DNA of 64,000 nucleotides from Candidatus Versatilivorator sp. (GCA_965207735.1 OZ242296.1:1824001-1888000); one strand, 5' to 3'; shown: positions 48,994-59,270, counted from the stretch's first letter. Notes: generated by a model not told the origin, from the sequence alone. Made by a program: numbers and translations.

Positions 48994-51992
48994 CCCACCT
49001 GAAGAAACTCATTGAAGTCGCCTTGCCGCTTGACGCGATCAACACGGCCTCGGCCAGGGAGAAGTCCATCCGCCACGGCCACCCAAGCACACTGCACCTT
49101 TGGTGGGCGCGTCGACCGCTGGCGGCAGCCCGGGCGGTGATTTTCGCGCAGATGGTGGATGATCCGTCCGAATATGTCGACGTGCTGCTCTCGGACCCCA
49201 AGCAGAAAAGGGCCGCGGAGCGGGAATTGAAGAAACGCCTCGCGGCGCACGCGGCGAAGCGCTCACTGGCCCGCGACGACGCGATCGCCGAAGCTCGGCC
49301 GACGCTGGAAGAGGTCATCGCCGAGCAAGAGCGCGACCGGCTATTCGCGATTATCGAAGACTTGGTTCTTTGGGAGAACACCACGAACGAAGAGGTGCTC
49401 GAACGGGCGCGGCGAGAGATCTGGCAGAGTTGGCGGCGGGCGTGCGCGAAGAATGCGGCCCATCCGAGAGCCACGGATATTTTCGATCGGCAAAAGCTCC
49501 CGGCTTTTCACGATCCGTTTGCGGGCGGAGGAGCGCTCCCGCTGGAGGCGCAACGGCTGGGGCTGGAAGCCCATGCCAGCGACCTCAACCCGGTGGCGGT
49601 GCTGATCAACAAGGCCATGATCGAAATTCCACCGAAATTCGCTGGCGAGGCACCTGTGAATCCGGAGTCTCGCCAGGAAAAGAGACTGATCGAGCGCGAC
49701 TGGACTGGGGCGCAGGGACTGGCCGAAGATGTGCGCTATTACGGGCAGTGGATGCGCGACGAGGCGGAGAACCGCATTGGGCACCTATATCCCAAGGTCG
49801 AGGTCACCGAGAAGATGGTCGCAGAGCGGCCTGACCTGGAACGCTACAAGGGCCGCAAGCTGACGGTGATTGCGTGGCTGTGGGCGCGGACGGTGAAAAG
49901 CCCCAACCCCGCCTTTGCCGATGTCGAGGTGCCGCTGGCGTCCACCTTTATGCTCTCGACCAAAAAGGGCAAAGAAGCGTACGTCGAGCCGGTGATCGAG
50001 GACAAAGAGTACCAGTTCACGGTTAAGGTAGGCGAGCCGCCGGACGTGGCGACGACGAAGACGGGGACGAAGCTGTCCCGCGGCGCTAACTTCCGGTGCC
50101 TGATGTCCGGGACGCCAATTGCGCCCGACTACATCAAAGCCGAAGGCATGGCCGGACGCATGGATGCACGGCTGATGGCGATCGTGGCCGAAGGTGATCG
50201 TGGTCGGGTCTATCTCAATCCGACTACGCAGATGGAAGAAACGGTGCAGACGAAAGAGACAGTATGGAAACCAGAGCAGCCGCTTCCCGATAATCCCAGG
50301 TGGTTTTCCCCTCCAGATTATGGAATGCCAACCTTCGGCGACCTCTTCACTAGCCGCCAACTCGTCGCCCTGACGACCTTCTCGGACCTAGTGGCGGAGG
50401 TGCGTGCGCGGGTGGAGCGTGACGCCATCGTTGCTGGCCTTTCCGACGACAGCACGCCTCTGCGCCATGGCGGCACCGGCGCCACGGCATATGCAGAGGC
50501 TGTTTCAGTGTATTTGGCGTTTGCAGTGGATTACGCGGCTAATTATTGGTCGGTAATTGCGACGCCAGCGGATGGTTTTATCCGGGGCACGTTCGCACGA
50601 CAAGCCCTACCGATGACCTGGGATTTTGCGGAGGCTCCTCCGTTCGGTAATACCAGTGGCAACTGGCTTGGAGGAATCGAATGGATTTCGAAAGTGCTTG
50701 ATTTGTTGCCCTGCATGACTCTTGGCCACGAAGCAACGGGCCTTCAGGCCGATGCAGCACGCCAGACATACAGCTTGAATTCAATTATTTCCACAGACCC
50801 ACCCTATTACGACAACATTGGTTACGCGGACCTGTCCGATTTTTTTTACGTCTGGTTGCGTCGGGTGCTGAAGCCAGTATTCCCAGAGTTGTTTGCGACC
50901 GTGGCTGTGCCGAAGGCGGAGGAACTGGTAGCCAGCCCTTACCGCCACGGCAGCAAGACGCAAGCAGAAACCTTCTTCCTGCATGGCATGACCCAAGCGA
51001 TGCGCCGCCTGTCCGAACAGGCCCATCCCGGATTTCCAGTCACCATCTACTACGCCTTCAAGCAGGCCGAGACGAAAGGGGGCGAGGGCACTGCCAGCAC
51101 CGGTTGGGAGACCTTCCTCGACGCCGTGATCGCGGCCGGTTTCTCGGTCACCGGCACTTGGCCGATGCGCACTGAGCGCGGCGGGCGCATGATTGACATC
51201 GGGACCAACGCCCTCGCCTCCAGCATCGTCCTGGTCTGCCGCCAGCGCCCTGCGGATGCCCCGATGGCCACTCGCCGGGAGTTCGTTGCGGCCCTCAAAT
51301 CTGCATTGCCAGTGGCCCTGACTCACCTGCAGCGCGCCAACATCGCACCGGTTGATCTGGCGCAGGCGGCCATCGGCCCGGGAATGGCGGTCTATACCCG
51401 CTACGCCAAGGTGCTCGACGCCACGGGCAAGGCTCTCCCGGTGCGCGATGCACTGGCGCTCATCAACCACACCCTCGACGAGGCGTTGGCCGAACAGGAG
51501 GGCGACTTCGACGCCGACAGCCGCTGGGCGCTCGCCTGGTTCGAGCAGTTTGGCTTCGACAAAGGCGAATACGGCATCGCCGAAATGCTCTCCAAGGCCA
51601 AGAACACCAGCGTCGCGGGCATGGTGGATGCGGGTATTCTGGCCTCAAAAGGCGGGACGGTCCGGCTGCTGAGGCCCGAGGAACTACCTCCGGATTGGGA
51701 CCCAACGACCGACCCGAGGCTGACCGGTTGGGAGATGGTGCATCATCTCGTACGAGCACTGGAGGCCAGCGGCGAGAACGCCGCGGCCGAACTTGCTGCC
51801 CCACTCGGCGCCAAGGCCGAGGCGGCTCGCGAGTTGTGCTACCGTCTGTACACGTTATGCGACCGCAAGAAACGCACGGCGGCGGCACTCTCCTACAACA
51901 GCCTGGTGCAGAGTTGGCCCGAGATCAGCCGCTTGGCCCAAGAAGTCGGCCGCCACGGTGCCAAGCAGTCTGGACTTTTCGGGGAGGATTAG
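48990..51992 (+). CDS. DUF1156-containing amino (likely N6-adenine) DNA methyltransferase
   Basis: [27 protein letters not shown] (SAM binding), TDPPYYDN (catalytic), TWPMRTE, NALASSI; GTGA overlap with the upstream gene. Confidence 0.93.
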   Translation: MTHLKKLIEVALPLDAINTASAREKSIRHGHPSTLHLWWARRPLAAARAVIFAQMVDDPSEYVDVLLSDPKQKRAAERELKKRLAAHAAKRSLARDDAIAEARPTLEEVIAEQERDRLFAIIEDLVLWENTTNEEVLERARREIWQSWRRACAKNAAHPRATDIFDRQKLPAFHDPFAGGGALPLEAQRLGLEAHASDLNPVAVLINKAMIEIPPKFAGEAPVNPESRQEKRLIERDWTGAQGLAEDVRYYGQWMRDEAENRIGHLYPKVEVTEKMVAERPDLERYKGRKLTVIAWLWARTVKSPNPAFADVEVPLASTFMLSTKKGKEAYVEPVIEDKEYQFTVKVGEPPDVATTKTGTKLSRGANFRCLMSGTPIAPDYIKAEGMAGRMDARLMAIVAEGDRGRVYLNPTTQMEETVQTKETVWKPEQPLPDNPRWFSPPDYGMPTFGDLFTSRQLVALTTFSDLVAEVRARVERDAIVAGLSDDSTPLRHGGTGATAYAEAVSVYLAFAVDYAANYWSVIATPADGFIRGTFARQALPMTWDFAEAPPFGNTSGNWLGGIEWISKVLDLLPCMTLGHEATGLQADAARQTYSLNSIISTDPPYYDNIGYADLSDFFYVWLRRVLKPVFPELFATVAVPKAEELVASPYRHGSKTQAETFFLHGMTQAMRRLSEQAHPGFPVTIYYAFKQAETKGGEGTASTGWETFLDAVIAAGFSVTGTWPMRTERGGRMIDIGTNALASSIVLVCRQRPADAPMATRREFVAALKSALPVALTHLQRANIAPVDLAQAAIGPGMAVYTRYAKVLDATGKALPVRDALALINHTLDEALAEQEGDFDADSRWALAWFEQFGFDKGEYGIAEMLSKAKNTSVAGMVDAGILASKGGTVRLLRPEELPPDWDPTTDPRLTGWEMVHHLVRALEASGENAAAELAAPLGAKAEAARELCYRLYTLCDRKKRTAAALSYNSLVQSWPEISRLAQEVGRHGAKQSGLFGED

Positions 51993-51994
51993 CC

Positions 51995-53185
51995 ATGCAT
52001 GTCGAATCCATAAAGCTAAAAAACTTCAAGAGTTTCAAAGAGGTGACGATGCTGGATATTCCGCACTATTGCGTAATCGTCGGCGCCAACGGAACGGGAA
52101 AAAGTACTCTTTTCGATGTTTTTGGATTCCTCAAAGATTGCCTGACCTACAATGTCCGGCAGTCCCTGCAAGTTCGTGGGGGCTATGCCGAAGTCGTAAG
52201 TAGAGGGGATACCGGCGGGGCCCCAATCGAATTGGAGATTCAGTTTCGTATGGAAATATCTGGGGTCAACCGTCTTGTGACCTATGTTGTTCATATTGGC
52301 CAGGAAAAAAACAGACCGGTGGTGGCCCGGGAAATACTCCGCTACAAACGCGGCCGTTATGGATCACCGTTTCATTTTCTGGACTTCGCGCAGGGCAACG
52401 GCTATGCCATAACGAACGAAGAGGATTTCGACAAACCAGATGAAGAACTGACCCGCGAATATCAGTCGGTCGCCCGGGATGTGCTGGCCATAAAGGGACT
52501 GGGGCAGTTTGAACGCTTCAAGGCGGCCAGCGTCTTTCGACAGTTAATTGAAAACTGGCACGTCTCCGATTTCCACATCAACCTTGCGCGCGGCAGTAAG
52601 GACGCCGCAGGCCCGAACGAGCATCTCTCCGTTACAGGAGACAACCTCCAGTTGGTGGCACAAAATATCCTCGAAAGCTCACCCGACACCTTCGAGAGAA
52701 TTGTCGAGGCAACGAAAAGGCGCATCCCCGGCATAGATGAAATCGTACCCGTCTCTACACCGGACGGCAGGCTCTTGCTGAGATTCAGGGACGGCGCTTT
52801 TGCCAATCCGTTCATCGACAAATATGTATCCGACGGCACCATCAAGATGTTCGCCTATCTGATTCTTCTCTACGACCCCGAACCCCATCCCCTGCTGTGT
52901 ATCGAGGAACCGGAGAATCAGTTGTATCCTGACCTGCTGAGCGAATTAGCGGAAGAATTCCGGTCCTATGCCGACCAGGGAGGTCAGGTTTTTGTCTCGA
53001 CTCATTCGCCAGACTTTCTGAATGCCGTCGAACTCGAAGAAGTGTTCTGGCTGGTCAAGAGCGGCGGCTATACCGAAATACGGCGCGCTCGGGATGACGA
53101 GCAGATCGCCGCCTACATGGCCGATGGCGACAAAATGGGGTATTTGTGGCGACAGGGATTTTTTGAGGGGGCCGATCCTCAATGA
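51995..53185 (+). CDS. AAA_21/ABC-type ATPase
   Basis: NFKSF, GANGTGKS, SDGT signature, IEEPEN, STHS. Confidence 0.92.
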   Translation: MHVESIKLKNFKSFKEVTMLDIPHYCVIVGANGTGKSTLFDVFGFLKDCLTYNVRQSLQVRGGYAEVVSRGDTGGAPIELEIQFRMEISGVNRLVTYVVHIGQEKNRPVVAREILRYKRGRYGSPFHFLDFAQGNGYAITNEEDFDKPDEELTREYQSVARDVLAIKGLGQFERFKAASVFRQLIENWHVSDFHINLARGSKDAAGPNEHLSVTGDNLQLVAQNILESSPDTFERIVEATKRRIPGIDEIVPVSTPDGRLLLRFRDGAFANPFIDKYVSDGTIKMFAYLILLYDPEPHPLLCIEEPENQLYPDLLSELAEEFRSYADQGGQVFVSTHSPDFLNAVELEEVFWLVKSGGYTEIRRARDDEQIAAYMADGDKMGYLWRQGFFEGADPQ

Positions 53186-53751
53186 ATCAATTGGTCTTTT
53201 TTCTTGAGGAGCCCTCAGCGCGAGAAATGTTAAAGAACCTTCTCCCCCGAATCCTGCCCGATTACGTAACGGTTCGCTACGTGGTGTTTGAGGGCAAACA
53301 GGATCTGGAGAATCAGCTTGGACGAAAACTGCGTCGCTGGCGCGTGCCCGATACCCGCTTTGTTGTCATGCGGGACAAGGATCAAGCGGACTGTCTCACA
53401 GTCAAGTGCCGTTTGGTCCGGATTTGTCGGGATGCTGGAAAGCCGGACGTGCTGGTCCGAGTTCTTTGCCATGAATTGGAAAGCTGGTACCTCGGAGATT
53501 TGAACGCTGTTGAGCAAGGACTTCAAATAGCTGGACTGGGCCGGAAACAGGAACAATCAAGATACCGAAGCCCTGACCGGATTGCCAATCCCGTGCAGGA
53601 ATTACGAAGGCTCACACGAGACAGGTATCAAAAAATCGACGGCTCCCGGGCCGTCGGCCCCCACCTATCGCTGGATGGAAATCGATCCCATAGTTTCACG
53701 GTGTTCGTGTCTGGCCTCCGGCGTCTTGTTCAGAGCTGTACCGGTGGTTGA
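53182..53751 (+). CDS. DUF4276-family (TOPRIM-like) protein
   Basis: FFLEEPS, FEGK.DL, MRDKD, ELESWYLGD, YQK, NRSHSF; ATGA overlap with the ATPase. Confidence 0.82.
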   Translation: MNQLVFFLEEPSAREMLKNLLPRILPDYVTVRYVVFEGKQDLENQLGRKLRRWRVPDTRFVVMRDKDQADCLTVKCRLVRICRDAGKPDVLVRVLCHELESWYLGDLNAVEQGLQIAGLGRKQEQSRYRSPDRIANPVQELRRLTRDRYQKIDGSRAVGPHLSLDGNRSHSFTVFVSGLRRLVQSCTGG

Positions 53752-53791
53752 AACATTCATGCAATTCGGAGCGAAATAGGATAGGAGGGAT

Positions 53792-56700
53792 ATGGCCACG
53801 ACCAATCACGAGCGGGTCGGCAAGGCACTGGATTTGCTCAAAACGGGCCTGGGCCCGTTTGTCGACCGTGAAGTCCAAGGCGCCCTGGAGTCGCGAAAAT
53901 TGGCCGCCCGCCGATTGCGCGACTACGGGGAAGATCGCGCGTTGGGGAGCAAGCCGATCCTCGAGTGGGACGTGGCCGGGCTGCTGAAGCTGATGTGGGA
54001 TACCTGGCACGAAGTCTTCCGTGAGATTCTGGGGCGGGCGGAGCGGAGTCTGGTCAGCGAATTGCGCGACCACCGCAACAAGTGGGCACACCAGGAGAGT
54101 TTTTCCAGCGATGACGCCTATCGCGCTCTGGATTCGGTGGGGCGACTCCTTGCCGCGGTATCCGCGCCGCAGTCCGAAGAGCTCGAGAAGCGCAAGCTGG
54201 AACTGCTGCGGGTACGCTTCGACGAACAGACCCGCGGAGAACGGCGCAAGCAGTCGGGAACGGCGATTGAAAGCGCCGCCGCGGCCAGACTGACGCCCTG
54301 GCGGGAAATCGTCACCCCTCACAGGGACGTCGCGAGCGGGGGATACCAGCAAGCCGAGTTCGCCGCCGATCTCTGGCAGGTCCATCTGGGTGAAGGCACC
54401 GATGAGTATCGAGACCCCGTCGAGTTCTTCCGGCGCACCTATCTGACGGAAAGCCTGAAGGGGCTGTTGGTTGGGGCAATACGCCGCCTCGCGGGCAGAG
54501 GAGGCGACCCCGTCGTTCAGCTCCAGACGAACTTCGGCGGTGGCAAGACCCACTCCATGCTGGCCCTGTATCACCTGTTCTCCGGGACAGCCTCCGCGGA
54601 ACTGGATGGGATCGACCGCGCTTTGCTGGAGGCGGAGGCCACGAAACTTGGGGAGGCGCGCCGCGTCGTGCTGGTTGGAAACAAGATCTCTCCAGGGAAC
54701 CCGGTCGCCAAGCCGGATGGCACCCTCGTCCGAACGCTCTGGGGCGAGCTGGCGTGGCAACTGGGCGGCAAGAGGGCGTTCGCGCGCATCGCGGCCGACG
54801 ACGAAAAGGCAACGAGTCCAGGCGATGCACTGCGGGAACTCTTCAATGAATATGGTCCCTGCCTGATCCTCATCGATGAGTGGGTTGCCTACGCCCGCCA
54901 GCTGCATGACCAGAGCGACCTGCCCGCCGGAGGCTTCGAGACCCAGTTCAGTTTTGCCCAGGTGCTCACGGAATCGGCCAAACTCGCCAACAACTGCCTG
55001 CTCGTGATCAGCTTGCCGGCCTCGGACACGACCGGGTCCCCCCACACCCAGGCGGACGATGTTGAGGTCGGTGGGCAACGCGGGCGGGAGGCACTCGATC
55101 GTTTGCGGAACGTCGTCGGGCGCATCGAATCGTCCTGGCGTCCGGCCAGTGCCGAGGAAAGCTTCGAGATTGTACGGCGCCGCCTTTTCGAGCCGTTCAC
55201 AGATCCTGTCCAATTCAGGGACAGGGATGTGGTCGCCCGCGCATTTGCCGAGTTCTATCGGACGCAGCATCAAGAGTTCCCGCCTGAGTGTCGAGACGCA
55301 GACTACGAGAAGCGGATCAAGGCGGCCTATCCCATACACCCCGAGATCTTCGATCGCCTGTACACGGATTGGTCGACGCTGGTGAAATTCCAGCGCACGC
55401 GTGGCGTGTTGCGGTTGATGGCGGCCGTGATTCACAGCCTGTGGGAGAAAGACGACAGGAATCCGCTGATTCTGCCGGCGAACATAGCGATCGACGATAC
55501 ACGCGTACAGTTCGAGCTGACCCGGTATCTCCCCGACAACTGGGTGCCGGTGATCGAGAAAGACGTGGACGGTCCCAGCTCACTGCCGCTACGGATTGAC
55601 GGCGCGGTTCCGAACCTCGGAAAGTTCCACGCTTCCAGGCGCGTCGCGCGAGCGATTTATCTCGGATCCGCTCCCACCGCCGCTGCGGCGCATCGGGGTC
55701 TTGAGGACCGCCGCGTCAAACTCGGCTGTGTCATGCCGGGGGAGTCTCCGGCTGTCTTCGGCGACGCGCTGCGGCGTTTGGCCGGCGCGGCAACCTACCT
55801 CTACCAGGATGGTCCTCGTTACTGGTACTCCACACAGCCAACCGTCACGAAGCTGGCGGAGGATCGCGCCGAGCAGCTGAAGCGGAACCCCGACAAGGTG
55901 GTGCAGGAGCTCGGTTCGCGACTCCGATCGGATCTCCGCAACACGGGCGACTTCAATCGAGTGCATCCCCTCCCGCAATCCGGGCAGGATGTTCCGGATG
56001 ACCTCGATGCACGACTCGTGGTGCTCGGAAGCGACACGCCCTACAGCAAAGAGAAGGGAAATCCCGCAGAGACCGCGGCGCAAGCCATCCTGGAATCGAG
56101 AGGTAGCGCACCAAGGATTTGTCGTAACACGCTCGTGTTTCTGGCCCCGGACAAGACGAGGCTGCAGGATCTCGATGAGGCGCTCCGGCGGCACTTGGCA
56201 TGGGAATCGATACTCGGTGAACGGGAACAGCTCGATCTTTCGCCTCACCAGGTCAAGCAGGCCGAAAACCAAAAGGAAGCGGCGTCCAGCGCGGTAACGG
56301 CCCGGCTCCCGGAGACGTTCCAGTGGCTCCTGGTTCCGGTTCAGGCCCGTCCCGAAGCTTCGATGGAGTGGCAGGCCATGAGGCTGTCGGGCCAGCACTC
56401 GCTCGCATCCAGAGCGAGCAAGAAACTGAAAGGCGATGAGCTGCTGGTGACCGGCTTTGCCGCCACTCGGCTTCGGATGGAGCTTGATCGCGTGCCTCTC
56501 TGGCGCGGCGACCATGTACCGATCAAACAAATCGTCGAGGATTTTGCGCGGTATCCCTATCTGCCCCGGGTCAGCGACCCGACGGTCCTGCTAAACGCAA
56601 TCAGCGATGGCATTGCCCTCCTTACCTGGGAACAGGATGCGTATGCGTTCGCAGAAAGCTTTGACGATGAGGCAAAACGATATCGCGGTTTACGCGGTGG

Positions 56701-57133
56701 AAAAGTTGTTTCATTGCCGGATGCGGATGCTCCCGGATTGCTCGTCAAGTCGGATATCGCGCGTCAACAGCTTGATGCCGAGAGTGCACAGCCACCGGGC
56801 GGCGGAGAAGTTGCTGGCGCAGGGACGGGTGGAGAAAGCTCGGTCCCAGGGGGAGGACCGGGTCCCGGGGAGGATCCGCCGGGCGCCCCGTCGTCGCACC
56901 CGAAGCGGTTTCATGGGACTGCTATGCTTGATTCCGCTCGGGTAGGCCGCGACGCGAGCCGGATTGCGGACGAGGTGATCGCGCATCTTTCCAGCCTGGT
57001 GGGAGCCAAGGTCACAGTGACCCTAGAAGTAGAGGCCGAGATCCCGGCCGGAGCCCCGGATCACGTTGTTCGTACGGTCACGGAGAACAGCCGGACACTG
57101 AAGTTCACAAGCCAGGGCTTTGAAAAAGAATAG
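53792..57133 (+). CDS. DUF499 AAA+ ATPase with N-terminal Swt1-like HEPN domain
   Basis: ELRDHRNKWAH (RxxxxH), L.PWRE..TPH.DV, EFAADL, FGGGKTH, LIDE, YPIHP, FQRTRGVLRL; RBS AGGAGG. Confidence 0.92.
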   Translation: MATTNHERVGKALDLLKTGLGPFVDREVQGALESRKLAARRLRDYGEDRALGSKPILEWDVAGLLKLMWDTWHEVFREILGRAERSLVSELRDHRNKWAHQESFSSDDAYRALDSVGRLLAAVSAPQSEELEKRKLELLRVRFDEQTRGERRKQSGTAIESAAAARLTPWREIVTPHRDVASGGYQQAEFAADLWQVHLGEGTDEYRDPVEFFRRTYLTESLKGLLVGAIRRLAGRGGDPVVQLQTNFGGGKTHSMLALYHLFSGTASAELDGIDRALLEAEATKLGEARRVVLVGNKISPGNPVAKPDGTLVRTLWGELAWQLGGKRAFARIAADDEKATSPGDALRELFNEYGPCLILIDEWVAYARQLHDQSDLPAGGFETQFSFAQVLTESAKLANNCLLVISLPASDTTGSPHTQADDVEVGGQRGREALDRLRNVVGRIESSWRPASAEESFEIVRRRLFEPFTDPVQFRDRDVVARAFAEFYRTQHQEFPPECRDADYEKRIKAAYPIHPEIFDRLYTDWSTLVKFQRTRGVLRLMAAVIHSLWEKDDRNPLILPANIAIDDTRVQFELTRYLPDNWVPVIEKDVDGPSSLPLRIDGAVPNLGKFHASRRVARAIYLGSAPTAAAAHRGLEDRRVKLGCVMPGESPAVFGDALRRLAGAATYLYQDGPRYWYSTQPTVTKLAEDRAEQLKRNPDKVVQELGSRLRSDLRNTGDFNRVHPLPQSGQDVPDDLDARLVVLGSDTPYSKEKGNPAETAAQAILESRGSAPRICRNTLVFLAPDKTRLQDLDEALRRHLAWESILGEREQLDLSPHQVKQAENQKEAASSAVTARLPETFQWLLVPVQARPEASMEWQAMRLSGQHSLASRASKKLKGDELLVTGFAATRLRMELDRVPLWRGDHVPIKQIVEDFARYPYLPRVSDPTVLLNAISDGIALLTWEQDAYAFAESFDDEAKRYRGLRGGKVVSLPDADAPGLLVKSDIARQQLDAESAQPPGGGEVAGAGTGGESSVPGGGPGPGEDPPGAPSSHPKRFHGTAMLDSARVGRDASRIADEVIAHLSSLVGAKVTVTLEVEAEIPAGAPDHVVRTVTENSRTLKFTSQGFEKE

Positions 57134-57289
57134 GGCGGTGCTCCCCCCGTATCCCCCCTTCATCCTGATAGGTAGCGCAATCAGCTACGCTGGACACAAG
57201 ATGAAGGGTGCTCCCATCACTCTCGACTGGCGGTTCGAACTCCTCCGTCCTTTTTCCAATGTCCATATGCAGGGCCTGCAGGACTTCCA

Positions 57290-57327
57290 TGGATTGTTTG
57301 CGGGAAGGGGCGAAATACTACGCCAAG
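57290..57327 (+). mobile_element. Degenerate 38-bp Tn3-family terminal inverted repeat
   Basis: TGGATTGTTTGCGGGAAGGGGCGAAATACTACGCCAAG resembles GGGG...ACGCTAAG Tn3-family ends and abuts the 3' end of the tnpA remnant. Confidence 0.6.
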
Positions 57328-57686
57328 CGTCTCCACCCTGGAGGTGAATCGGCATCCGGCCAACGGTATTCTCCGGTCAAGTGGATGGGCTCCCATCCAA
57401 AAGGCGAGATATCGTCACACCCAGCACATCCCGCCCCCTCTGCCGCTCCCTGCGGCGGACCTGAGCTGATGATCGCAGAACCAGGCCAGATAGACACTGA
57501 CCTCCGAGACCCAGCCGGCCAAAAACCGTCTGCGCCGATCCAGAGCCACCCTGACGACCTCGCTACCCTCGGGCGCCCGGGCCGGTGGAGACTGGGCCGG
57601 CGCATGTCGGGCTCCGTGTTCTGATCGATCATGAACAGCGAGCGTTCGATGCGGCCGACTTCCCTCAGGACGGTTCGCCAAGCCAT
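57318..57686 (-). pseudogene. Tn3-family transposase C-terminal remnant
   Basis: LREVGRIERSLF and ISPFGWEPIHLTGEYRW match conserved Tn3 TnpA C-terminal motifs; internal deletions or frameshifts. Confidence 0.85.
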
Positions 57687-57941
57687 CCTCTTGCGCTCGA
57701 CGTATGCAAGGGGGATTACATACTTGACTAACCACGCTACGAATCCGCATTACTTCGCCTTAGCTCCTCAGCCAAGTGGTGTAGTACAGTGAGCAAGAAG
57801 GTCCAGAAGAAGCACCACTATGGACGCCCTGCCTCGCCTTGATAAAGTTGAACGCGACAATGGAGGAAGTGGCGCAGTGGATATTTTCTTACGCGAAGAA
57901 GCCAGATGGTTCTATACGGATTTACAACAGGCCAAAGGTGA

Positions 57942-59039
57942 GTGATGGAACTACATCGGCGACTCGATGTTGAAGTTTCCGCTGTGGATAACCAGTTCGA
58001 TCTAGTACCGGTCAGTTCCGCAGGCAACCGAGCCATGTCAGACTACCTTGGTCGCTCTGTGGAGTCCCACGTCCCTGTTCGGATGACAAAAGAACAGTAT
58101 CGGCACTTCTGCGCTCGACGCTACGTATTGTCCATTGGTATACGCCGAGAATTCTTAGGGCAGCGAAGGCATGCCGCGGCGGATTTCTCCGAGAGCCTGT
58201 CGTATGATCTATTGAACCGTGTGGACGTTGATCCGACAATACTTCATGTTCGGGACCATGACTTCGTGGTTGCTTGCGGCCGCTATGGGCCATCTTTACA
58301 GGAAGAACAGGAAGAATTGTACAAGGTTACAAAACCCAGTTATACACCCTTGGCTTCCTTAGCCATAAGCCTTGGCACCTTGGATTACTACCGCGCCACG
58401 GCTGACAACAATGAAGGCTCTTTCACTGCTTCTTCCAACAACTGGTTATTCCGCACGCTTGATGGCGAGGTGGTCGCTGATTCAAGCAGTCTTGAACGGT
58501 TGAACATTAGCATGAACCCCTCTTGGATATATTGTGCGACAATCGTGTCCCGCCGAGACGGAATGAGTCCAGAACAAGTCGAATGGTTCAAAGAAAGTAG
58601 GCGTGCGACTCCGATCGTAGCACCTGTCAACCACTTCGCTATGATGCTCGGACTTAGCTTTGGCGCTTGGTCTAAGCCGCGCATTCGGCAGGTGTATGAG
58701 TGGATTGAGAGCGTTGATACACTGAGGTACATTGACAATGGAATCCTGGTCATTCACGGAGAGGTTCGATACATGGACCCGAGGGAACGTGATCGTTACC
58801 TTGAGGGGCTATATCGTGAAAATCGCCAGTTGTGGAGGTACGAATCCGTTTTCACAAAGAACGTTGAGTTTGCGCCGGAGCGCGAGTACAGGTTTGGCAT
58901 ATGGGGGTGGGGTCCGCCCTTAAAGAACCATATTGTGCTTCCTGTAACGAACCAGTTGTTAGAGTGCTACGGGCCTAGTGTAACGGTCGCGTGCTTGAAG
59001 CTGTCTGGCTCAAATCACCGCGATCACTTAAACCGTTAG
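57942..59039 (+). CDS. Hypothetical protein, lower GC (DUF2971-like motifs)
   Basis: 365-aa ORF; SLGTLDYYR, WIYC, FTKN..F..EREYRF; start uncertain (57942 or 58035). Confidence 0.65.
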   Translation: MMELHRRLDVEVSAVDNQFDLVPVSSAGNRAMSDYLGRSVESHVPVRMTKEQYRHFCARRYVLSIGIRREFLGQRRHAAADFSESLSYDLLNRVDVDPTILHVRDHDFVVACGRYGPSLQEEQEELYKVTKPSYTPLASLAISLGTLDYYRATADNNEGSFTASSNNWLFRTLDGEVVADSSSLERLNISMNPSWIYCATIVSRRDGMSPEQVEWFKESRRATPIVAPVNHFAMMLGLSFGAWSKPRIRQVYEWIESVDTLRYIDNGILVIHGEVRYMDPRERDRYLEGLYRENRQLWRYESVFTKNVEFAPEREYRFGIWGWGPPLKNHIVLPVTNQLLECYGPSVTVACLKLSGSNHRDHLNR

Positions 59040-59177
59040 AATATCATCGGGATTCATCTATAAGCTCAAGGGTGACCTCAAGTTGCTTGTGAAAAAGGCG
59101 CGAGAGTACGCTGTTGTTTACAAGTGTTTCATGTGAAATATATCAGATGACAGTATTCGGCAATGGCATTCAAAAAC

Positions 59178-59200
59178 TAGGGGCAACTTTAGGGGCAACT
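59178..59200 (+). promoter_or_regulatory. Putative integrase arm-type sites (2 x TAGGGGCAACT)
   Basis: Perfect 11-bp direct repeats at 59178 and 59190, about 60 bp inside the att core, same motif as 15597-15628. Confidence 0.7.
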
Positions 59201-59256
59201 ATATAAATCTAGAGAGTATAAATTATTTATAATCAGTAATTTATGAATTTATACTG

Positions 59257-59270
59257 ATAGTGGGCATAAC
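59257..59270 (+). repeat. att site, integrase-distal (core GGGCATAAC 59262-59270)
   Basis: Direct repeat of 15464-15477; preceded by a very AT-rich stretch. Confidence 0.9.

Larger units (their letters stand above)
15464..59270. mobile_element. Integrative conjugative element (about 43.8 kb) with P4-type integrase, T4SS and defence cargo
   Basis: Direct repeats at both ends, integrase next to one end, interrupted host gene, complete-looking VirB2-11/VirD4 set. Confidence 0.93.

Noticed and set aside
41147-57133. Classical BREX, DISARM or type III RM call
   Set aside because: No PglZ, BrxA/B/L, DrmA/B or Mod/Res genes are recognisable; composition fits the DUF499/DUF1156/SNF2 group.
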